Position numbers and translations under genes: made by a program | Notes under the pieces: generated by a model | The model's database searches: none | The model's input: only the letters and a program-made list of their open reading frames with translations | Told to the model about the DNA's origin: nothing | In this document: piece after piece, positions 28,996 through 35,928 of the stretch | How the letters are laid out: every line of letters begins with the position of its first letter | Position numbering within the stretch: the stretch's first letter is position 1 | NCBI GenBank assembly: GCA_900771065.1 | Contig: CAAGMP010000201.1 | Coordinates: 1-35,928, forward strand | Source: an uncultured Acinetobacter sp. | Lineage (GTDB): Bacteria > Pseudomonadota > Gammaproteobacteria > Pseudomonadales > Moraxellaceae | DNA: 35,928 bases | Reading direction: 5' to 3'

Positions 28996-30117
28996 ATGTC
29001 GCTCAATACTGTTGAAGAACTTGTAGCAGATATCCGCGCAGGTAAAATGGTTATCCTAATGGATGACGAAGACCGTGAAAATGAAGGCGATTTGGTCATT
29101 GCTGCAACACACGTACGTGCTGAAGATATTAACTTCATGATTACGCATGCACGTGGTTTAGTTTGTTTAACCTTAAGTCGTGAGCGTTGTCAGCAACTCA
29201 ATTTACCTTTAATGGTTGATGCAAACGGCGCACAACATGGCACCAACTTCACATTATCAATTGAAGCAGCAGAAGGCATTTCCACAGGAATTTCACCTGC
29301 GGAACGCGCGCACACTATTCAAACTGCGGTTGCGGCACATGCTAAACCGTCTGACTTGGTTCAACCAGGGCATATTTTCCCATTAATGGCACAACCTGGT
29401 GGCGTATTGCACCGTGCTGGTCACACTGAAGCAGGTTGTGATTTAGCGCGTTTAGCAGGATTAGAACCTGCATCGGTAATTTGTGAAATCATCAATGAAG
29501 ATGGCACAATGGCACGTCGTGCAGATTTAGAAATTTTTGCCCAAAAACATGGTTTAAAAATTGGTACCATTGCTGATCTCATTCATTACCGAATGACCAA
29601 TGAACAAACTGTTGAACGTATTGATCAACAAACACTTGAAACGGAATATGGTACATTCCAACTTTATCGTTATCGTGAAATTGGCAATCCTGATATTCAT
29701 TTGGCATTAGTTAAAGGTCAACCTGAAGAAGGTGTCACAACCGTTCGCGTACATGGTTTTAATCCGATTCGAGATTTATTAAAATTAAATAAATTAGATG
29801 GTGAGCCTGCTTGGAATTTAGATCGATCTTTAAAACAAATTGCCGATAGTGAACGCGGTGTTTTAGTTTGGATTGGTCAACGTCATTTACAAGATTTAGG
29901 TCCTGCATTAGACAGCGTTAAAACACCTAAAAGTGTAAAATCAAATGCTGCGCTTTCGCAACAATATCAAACTATTGGTGTAGGTGCGCAAATTTTACGT
30001 GATTTGGGTGTAGAAAAAATGAAATTACTCAGTTCACCTTTACGTTTTAATGCATTATCAGGTTTTAACTTAGAAGTGGTGGAATACATCACTGCAAATC
30101 AAGCAATAGATAAATAA
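28996..30117 (+). CDS. ribB: DHBP synthase fused to a degenerate GTP cyclohydrolase II-like domain (RibBX)
   Basis: [34 protein letters not shown] in the RibB domain; the C-terminal domain lacks the Zn-binding Cys residues. Confidence 0.93.
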   Translation: MSLNTVEELVADIRAGKMVILMDDEDRENEGDLVIAATHVRAEDINFMITHARGLVCLTLSRERCQQLNLPLMVDANGAQHGTNFTLSIEAAEGISTGISPAERAHTIQTAVAAHAKPSDLVQPGHIFPLMAQPGGVLHRAGHTEAGCDLARLAGLEPASVICEIINEDGTMARRADLEIFAQKHGLKIGTIADLIHYRMTNEQTVERIDQQTLETEYGTFQLYRYREIGNPDIHLALVKGQPEEGVTTVRVHGFNPIRDLLKLNKLDGEPAWNLDRSLKQIADSERGVLVWIGQRHLQDLGPALDSVKTPKSVKSNAALSQQYQTIGVGAQILRDLGVEKMKLLSSPLRFNALSGFNLEVVEYITANQAIDK

Positions 30118-30128
30118 TCGAGGTAGTT

Positions 30129-30599
30129 ATGGCAGTTCGCCGTATTGAAGGTATGTTACATCTCGCGAGCGAAGGCCGTTACGCGATTTTAGTCGGTCGT
30201 TTCAACAGTTTTGTGGTTGAACATTTGTTAGAAGGTGCAATTGATACATTGAAACGTCATGGTGTATCAGACGATAATATCACTGTTGTTCATGCACCAG
30301 GTGCTTGGGAACTTCCTGTTGTTGCCAAAAAACTGGCTATTGCAAATCGCTTTGATGCCATTATTGCATTAGGTGCGGTTATTCGTGGTAGTACACCACA
30401 TTTTGACTTTGTTGCTGGTGAATGCGCTAAAGGTCTTGGTGTGGTTGGTTTAGAAACAGGTTTACCTGTCATTAATGGTGTATTAACAACAGACAGTATC
30501 GAACAAGCAATTGAACGTTCAGGTACAAAAGCAGGCAATAAAGGCAGTGAAGCTGCTCTTACGGCTATTGAAATGGTTAATTTGTTAAAGGCTATTTAA
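30129..30599 (+). CDS. ribH: 6,7-dimethyl-8-ribityllumazine synthase
   Basis: [39 protein letters not shown]. Confidence 0.97.
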   Translation: MAVRRIEGMLHLASEGRYAILVGRFNSFVVEHLLEGAIDTLKRHGVSDDNITVVHAPGAWELPVVAKKLAIANRFDAIIALGAVIRGSTPHFDFVAGECAKGLGVVGLETGLPVINGVLTTDSIEQAIERSGTKAGNKGSEAALTAIEMVNLLKAI

Positions 30600-30603
30600 G
30601 GCA

Positions 30604-31053
30604 ATGTCGCAAACACTTCAAGCAACTTATGCAGCAAAACGCAAAGCACGTCGTTTTGCTGTGCAAGGAATTTATGAATGGCAAATGAGCCACAATCCAG
30701 TGCATGAAATTGAAGCACGCACTCGTGTTGATAATGCGATGCATAAAGTGGATCTAAGCTATTATCATGAATTGTTGACACAAGTGGTTGCCAATCATGA
30801 AGCATTGGATGCACTTTTAATTCCTGTGCTCGACCGTGAAATCAGCGCACTCGATGGAGTTGAACTTTCAACACTTCGTTTGGGCGCGTATGAACTCAAA
30901 GAGCACTTAGAAATTCCATATCGTGTGGTTTTAGACGAAGCAATTGAACTTGCAAAACATTTTGGTGGCGCAGACAGTCATAAATACATCAATGGTGTAT
31001 TAGACCGTTTAGCCGTCACTTTGCGTGCTGAAGAAAAACAGCAAAGCAATTAA
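30604..31053 (+). CDS. nusB: Transcription antitermination factor NusB
   Basis: [32 protein letters not shown]. Confidence 0.97.
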   Translation: MSQTLQATYAAKRKARRFAVQGIYEWQMSHNPVHEIEARTRVDNAMHKVDLSYYHELLTQVVANHEALDALLIPVLDREISALDGVELSTLRLGAYELKEHLEIPYRVVLDEAIELAKHFGGADSHKYINGVLDRLAVTLRAEEKQQSN

Positions 31054-31077
31054 TTTTTTGCACTAGTTTGGATAATT

Positions 31078-31995
31078 ATGGCTGAGTTTTCTGTTATTGA
31101 AACCTATTTCAACCGTCAGCAACTTAACGGGGCTGATGTCGGCGTAGGTGATGACTCGGCTTTAATTATGCCACCTGCACATCAACAATTAGTCACTTGT
31201 GTGGATACTTTGGTTGCAGGACGTCATTTCCCTCTTCAAACCGATCCACATGCAATTGGTTGGAAATCGGTTGCAGTCAATTTATCTGATCTTGCTGCTA
31301 TGGGTGCGAAACCAGATAGTATTTTATTGGCATTGAGCTTACCCCAAATTGATCATGCTTGGCTGAAGGGTTTTAGTCAGGGTTTATATGATTGTTGTGA
31401 TCAATTTGGTGTACGTTTAATTGGTGGCGATACCACTCAAAATCCACAATTAACTATTTCAGTCACCGCTTTAGGTTGGATTGAAACAGGTCAAGCTATT
31501 TTACGCTCTGGTGCACAAGTTGGCGATTTAATTTGCGTTAGCGGTACAGTGGGTGATGCGGCTTTTGGTTTGCAACATTTGGGACATCATTTACAACATC
31601 GCTTAGATTATCCAACACCGCGTTGTGCTTTAGGTCAACAGCTCAAAGGTTTGGCAAACAGCATGATTGACGTTTCAGATGGTTTAGCACAAGATTTAGG
31701 ACACATTTTAACTAGTTCTAGGGTTGGCGCAGAAATCAATTTGGATAAACTACCACTGAGTGATACAATAAATCAGCTTCAACCACAACAACAATGGCAA
31801 TATGCTCTTGCTGGTGGTGATGATTATGAATTGTGTTTCACTATTAGCCCAGAAAATTATTCTCAACTTTTACAACAACAACTTGATGTTAATGTCACCA
31901 TGATTGGTCAAATTACAACAGCACAACAACTCAAGTTCAAGCATTTCAATCAAGAAATTGCGCTTCGCTTTAATGGATACCAACATTTTGCCTAA
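31078..31995 (+). CDS. thiL: Thiamine-monophosphate kinase
   Basis: GDDSA, AVNLSDLAAMGA, GGDT, DVSDGL, GGDDYEL. Confidence 0.97.
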   Translation: MAEFSVIETYFNRQQLNGADVGVGDDSALIMPPAHQQLVTCVDTLVAGRHFPLQTDPHAIGWKSVAVNLSDLAAMGAKPDSILLALSLPQIDHAWLKGFSQGLYDCCDQFGVRLIGGDTTQNPQLTISVTALGWIETGQAILRSGAQVGDLICVSGTVGDAAFGLQHLGHHLQHRLDYPTPRCALGQQLKGLANSMIDVSDGLAQDLGHILTSSRVGAEINLDKLPLSDTINQLQPQQQWQYALAGGDDYELCFTISPENYSQLLQQQLDVNVTMIGQITTAQQLKFKHFNQEIALRFNGYQHFA

Positions 31996-32494
31996 ACCTC
32001 CTATTCATTTTAAGACTATGTCATGGCTTGAACGCTGCATTGTTTTTTGTGGTGTTGGCTTCGGTTCGGGTCTTGCACCTAAAGCACCGGGCACGTTTGG
32101 TTCTGCATTTGCGTTGTTATTTGTGCCATTGTGGCTTTGGCTTGGCTTCGTCCACAGCATTATTGCAATCATAATCATGTCAATTATTGGCATTTATATT
32201 TGTGGTCAAAGCGCAAAAATCATGGGTGTACATGATGATGGACGTATTGTTTGGGATGAATTTGCAGGACAATCGATCAGTTTATTGCCTATTTTATATT
32301 TTGAACAAATGAATTGGCTTTGGTTAATGATTGGCTTTGTGTTATTTCGTTTGTTTGATATTTGGAAACCTTGGCCAATTCGCGTCATTGATGCAAAAAT
32401 TGGTGGTGGTTTTGGCATTATGTTCGATGACATTGTTGCTGGATTTTGGGCAGCGTTTTTTATTTGGCTTTATTTTTACTTTACTCTGGCTTAA
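31973..32494 (+). CDS. pgpA: Phosphatidylglycerophosphatase A
   Basis: GSGLAPKAPGTFGS, HDDGRIVWDE, FRLFDIWKPWPI, GIMFDD. Start placed at ATG 31973, overlapping the thiL end. Confidence 0.95.
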   Translation: MDTNILPKPPIHFKTMSWLERCIVFCGVGFGSGLAPKAPGTFGSAFALLFVPLWLWLGFVHSIIAIIIMSIIGIYICGQSAKIMGVHDDGRIVWDEFAGQSISLLPILYFEQMNWLWLMIGFVLFRLFDIWKPWPIRVIDAKIGGGFGIMFDDIVAGFWAAFFIWLYFYFTLA

Positions 32495-32523
32495 ACAGCT
32501 AACCAACTTCGGAAGATTACAAC

Positions 32524-33888
32524 ATGTCAACGACTGTTATTATTCTGGCTGCGGGTAAAGGAACACGCATGCGTTCCAGTTTACCAAAAGTTTTACAACC
32601 TTTAGCAGGACGTCCTTTACTTGGTCACGTGATCGAAACAGCAAAAAAAATCAAAGCAGATCAAATTATTACAATTTATGGTCATGGCGGACAATTAGTA
32701 CAAAATGCCTTTAGCCATGAAAATATTCAATGGGTTGAACAAACGGAACAGCTCGGTACAGGTCATGCAGTCAAAGTCAGTTTACCTGTTTTACCCAAAA
32801 CAGGCATTTCATTAATTCTTTCTGGCGACGTGCCTTGCATTCAACAAAATACTTTAGAAAATTTATTGGCAGCGGCAACACAAACAGGCATTGGCTTAGT
32901 GACTTTAACTTTAGCTGATGCAACAGGTTATGGTCGTATTGTACGTGAAAATGGACAAATTCAAGCCATTGTTGAACATAAAGATGCATCTGAGCAACAA
33001 CGCCAAATTAAAGAAATTAATACAGGTATTTATGCTGTTCAAAATGAAAAATTACATGAATGGTTGCCTAAATTAAGCAATGAAAATGCACAAGGTGAAT
33101 ATTATTTAACAGATATTGTGGCAATGGCATTGCAAGATGGTATGCAAGTTGCTTCTGTTGAACCTGAGCAAGCTTTTGAAGTTGATGGTGTGAATGATCG
33201 TGTTCAATTGGCTACTTTAGAGCGTTTATATCAACAAGATCAAGCAAAAAAGTTAATGCAACAAGGTGTACATCTCATTGATCCAAGCCGTTTTGATTTA
33301 CGTGGTCAGTTAACAGTGGGACAAGACGTTCGCATTGATATTAATGTCATTATTGAAGGCGAATGTGAATTTGGTGATCAAGTTGAAATTGGTGCAGGAT
33401 GTATTATTAAAAATAGCCGCATTGCAGCAGGAACCAAAGTCCAACCTTATAGTATTTTTGATCAAGCAGTTGTTGGTGAAAATACCCAAATTGGACCATT
33501 TGCACGTTTACGTCCGGGTGCTCAATTGGCAAATGAAGTTCACATTGGTAACTTTGTTGAAGTTAAAAATACACATATTGGATTTGCATCAAAAGCCAAC
33601 CATTTTACCTATTTAGGTGATGCGGAAATTGGTGAAGAAGCAAATATTGGGGCGGGAACGATTACTTGTAATTATGATGGGGCGAATAAATTTAAAACCC
33701 AAATTGGTGATCGTGCTTTTATTGGTTCAAACAGCTCATTGGTTGCACCTGTAAAGATTGGCAATGGTGCAACCGTTGGCGCAGGCTCAACAATTACCCA
33801 TGATGTGGCAGAAAATAGTTTAGCAGTGGAACGTTCTAAGCAATTTGTCAAAGAAAATTATCCACGTCCGCAAAAAATCAAAAAATAA
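32524..33888 (+). CDS. glmU: Bifunctional UDP-GlcNAc pyrophosphorylase/GlcN-1-P acetyltransferase
   Basis: [27 protein letters not shown], hexapeptide repeats, NYDG. Confidence 0.98.
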   Translation: MSTTVIILAAGKGTRMRSSLPKVLQPLAGRPLLGHVIETAKKIKADQIITIYGHGGQLVQNAFSHENIQWVEQTEQLGTGHAVKVSLPVLPKTGISLILSGDVPCIQQNTLENLLAAATQTGIGLVTLTLADATGYGRIVRENGQIQAIVEHKDASEQQRQIKEINTGIYAVQNEKLHEWLPKLSNENAQGEYYLTDIVAMALQDGMQVASVEPEQAFEVDGVNDRVQLATLERLYQQDQAKKLMQQGVHLIDPSRFDLRGQLTVGQDVRIDINVIIEGECEFGDQVEIGAGCIIKNSRIAAGTKVQPYSIFDQAVVGENTQIGPFARLRPGAQLANEVHIGNFVEVKNTHIGFASKANHFTYLGDAEIGEEANIGAGTITCNYDGANKFKTQIGDRAFIGSNSSLVAPVKIGNGATVGAGSTITHDVAENSLAVERSKQFVKENYPRPQKIKK

Positions 33889-33899
33889 GGAGTTTAAGT

Positions 33900-35738
33900 A
33901 TGTGTGGTATTGTTGGCGGCATTGCTGAACGTAGTATTACTAATATTTTAATTGAAGGTTTAAAGCGTCTGGAATATCGTGGTTACGATTCGGCAGGTCT
34001 AGCCTTAGTTAACGCAGCCCAAATTTTACGTGAACGTCGCGTTGGTAAAGTTGCAAATCTTGAACAAGCAGTCAATGCGTCACAAATTACAGGCTCATTG
34101 GGCATTGCACATACACGTTGGGCAACACACGGTAAACCAACTGAAAATAATGCCCATCCTCATGTTTCTGAACATGTTGCTGTGGTTCACAATGGTATTA
34201 TTGAAAATTATCAAGAACTTAAACAAGAGCTCGAAACATTAGGTTATATTTTCACTTCACAAACTGATACCGAAGTGGTCGCGCATTTGGTGCATCATGC
34301 CTTAAAATCATCATCGAATTTGCTTCGTGCTGTCCAAAGTATTGTACCTAAATTACAAGGTGCGTATGCCTTGGGTATTATTCACACCGATTATCCTGAT
34401 GAATTAATTACAGTGCGTGAAGGTTCACCGTTAGTGATTGGTGTTGGAATTGGCGAAAACTTTATTAGTTCTGATCAATTGGCATTACTTCCAATTACAA
34501 ACCGTTTTATTTACCTTGAAGAAGGTGATATTGCGCGTTTGACACGTGATCAAATTGAAATTTTTGTGAATAATCAACTTGTTGAGCGTCCAATTAAAGA
34601 ATTAGATGCCACTGTAACCAATGCATCAAAAGGCGAATATAAGCACTATATGCTCAAAGAAATTTATGAGCAACCTGAAGCAATTCAACAAACTATTTCA
34701 CAAGCATTAAATGGCAATGCATTACGTGATGATTTTCTTGCACAAGCTGAAAGTGCTTTAAAATCAATTCAACAAGTGCAAATTATTGCATGTGGTACCA
34801 GTTACCATGCAGGTATGATTGCAAAATATTGGTTTGAACAACTGATTGACGTGCCGTGTCATGTCGAAATTGCAAGTGAATTCCGTTATCGCTCGCCTGT
34901 TATTGTGGATCAAACTTTATATTTATGCATTTCTCAATCTGGTGAAACTGCAGATACTTTAGCTGCTTTACGTGATACACAAAAACGTGCCATAGCAAAA
35001 CAAATCAATATTCATACCATGACGATTTGTAATGTCGCGACTTCATCTATGGTGCGTGAAACTGATTTTAGTTTATTAACGCTAGCTGGTCCTGAAATTG
35101 GTGTGGCATCAACAAAAGCCTTTACGACGCAGCTTGCAGCATTAATGTTATTGGTGCTTAAAGTTGGACGAGTCAAAGCGCGCCTTACAAACGATCAACT
35201 GACTGAAATTACAGCACAATTGTGGCATCTTCCAAAAGTTTTATTGCAAACTTTACAACATGACCGTGCTATTTTAGGCTTATCTGAATTATTTGTTGAA
35301 AAACAACATTGTTTATTCTTAGGTCGCGGTACACAGTTCCCAATTGCACTTGAAGGTGCTTTGAAGCTCAAAGAAATTTCATATATTCATGCTGAAGGTT
35401 ATGCAGCGGGTGAATTAAAACACGGTCCATTGGCATTGGTTGACAATGATATGCCTGTGGTCATTTTAGCACCGAAAGATGACATGCTGGATAAACTCAA
35501 ATCAAATATGGAAGAAGTCCAAGCACGTGGTGGTGAGTTATTTGTCTTTGCCGATGAACATAGCGGCATTCAAAGCAAAGACCGCCAACATGTTGTTGCA
35601 GTACCAAGCATTAGCCCAATACTTGCGCCAATTGTGTACAGCTTACCTGTTCAATTGTTATCGTATCATGTTGCTGTTTTACGTGGTACAGATGTCGATC
35701 AGCCACGTAATTTAGCTAAATCAGTTACTGTGGAATAA
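33900..35738 (+). CDS. glmS: Glutamine--fructose-6-phosphate aminotransferase
   Basis: MCGIVG, LEYRGYDSAG, HTRWATHG, SQSGETADT, C-terminal PRNLAKSVTVE. Confidence 0.99.
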   Translation: MCGIVGGIAERSITNILIEGLKRLEYRGYDSAGLALVNAAQILRERRVGKVANLEQAVNASQITGSLGIAHTRWATHGKPTENNAHPHVSEHVAVVHNGIIENYQELKQELETLGYIFTSQTDTEVVAHLVHHALKSSSNLLRAVQSIVPKLQGAYALGIIHTDYPDELITVREGSPLVIGVGIGENFISSDQLALLPITNRFIYLEEGDIARLTRDQIEIFVNNQLVERPIKELDATVTNASKGEYKHYMLKEIYEQPEAIQQTISQALNGNALRDDFLAQAESALKSIQQVQIIACGTSYHAGMIAKYWFEQLIDVPCHVEIASEFRYRSPVIVDQTLYLCISQSGETADTLAALRDTQKRAIAKQINIHTMTICNVATSSMVRETDFSLLTLAGPEIGVASTKAFTTQLAALMLLVLKVGRVKARLTNDQLTEITAQLWHLPKVLLQTLQHDRAILGLSELFVEKQHCLFLGRGTQFPIALEGALKLKEISYIHAEGYAAGELKHGPLALVDNDMPVVILAPKDDMLDKLKSNMEEVQARGGELFVFADEHSGIQSKDRQHVVAVPSISPILAPIVYSLPVQLLSYHVAVLRGTDVDQPRNLAKSVTVE

Positions 35739-35770
35739 AAACCGTTTTTTAAAAAAGATCCATACTGTTT
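35700..35770 (+). other. attTn7 target site, apparently unoccupied
   Basis: The TnsD-recognised 3' end of glmS (PRNLAKSVTVE codons) is intact and is followed by an intact terminator; no Tn7 end is visible. Confidence 0.65.
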
Positions 35771-35788
35771 TGGCAGTATGGATTTTTT
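35752..35788. terminator. Bidirectional intrinsic terminator after glmS
   Basis: AAAAAGATCCATACTG-TTTTGG-CAGTATGGATTTTTT. Confidence 0.87.
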
Positions 35789-35794
35789 ATAAGA

Positions 35795-35928
35795 TTAACG
35801 GTTACGCCCTTCTTGGTTTGCTGAACCTGAGCACTGCGCTGCTGCAGTTGAGAAAGTACCATTACTTGCTTCACATGAGCCAATTAATTGCCCTCGAGAG
35901 TCGAATGTTTTTACAGTTGAAGTGCATC
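35795..35928 (-). CDS. 3' part of a small hypothetical protein, possibly a lipoprotein (starts off the right edge)
   Basis: Open frame ...CTSTVKTFDSRGQLIGSCEASNGTFSTAAAQCSGSANQEGRNR* ending just before the shared terminator. Confidence 0.6.
   Translation of the reverse strand, partial: CTSTVKTFDSRGQLIGSCEASNGTFSTAAAQCSGSANQEGRNR

Noticed and set aside
33889..33899. glmS ribozyme or GlmZ-type leader
   Set aside because: The glmU-glmS gap is only 11 nt and holds just an RBS.

Overview
AT-rich gammaproteobacterial chromosome window; gene content and order point to Acinetobacter (inference). It is mostly core genome: sulfate-binding protein (5' part), tRNA-Thr(TGT), FAD oxidoreductase plus SAM methyltransferase, YkgJ, an ODP-like di-iron MBL protein, a UPF0016 Mn exporter under a yybP-ykoY riboswitch, aceEF, an M23 peptidase, dciA, the distal dcw cluster (murG-murC-ddl-ftsQ-ftsA-ftsZ-lpxC), gshB, an HPF/RaiA-like gene, a Tsx-like outer-membrane channel, parE-yqiA, a four-gene ArnT/GT2/GtrA/NaxD-like hexosamine transfer operon, and ribBX-ribH-nusB-thiL-pgpA-glmU-glmS with an apparently empty attTn7. 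The best unexplained signal is in the 206-bp gap between the Tsx-like gene and parE. There a near-consensus sigma-54 promoter, a perfect IHF consensus and two NtrC-like enhancer sites face a ~100-nt, ~72% A non-coding stretch ending in an intrinsic terminator. This is a candidate nitrogen-regulated, CrcZ-like Hfq-binding small RNA. No mobile element, prophage or CRISPR array was seen. Several CDS starts were moved from the ORF track to better-supported start codons.
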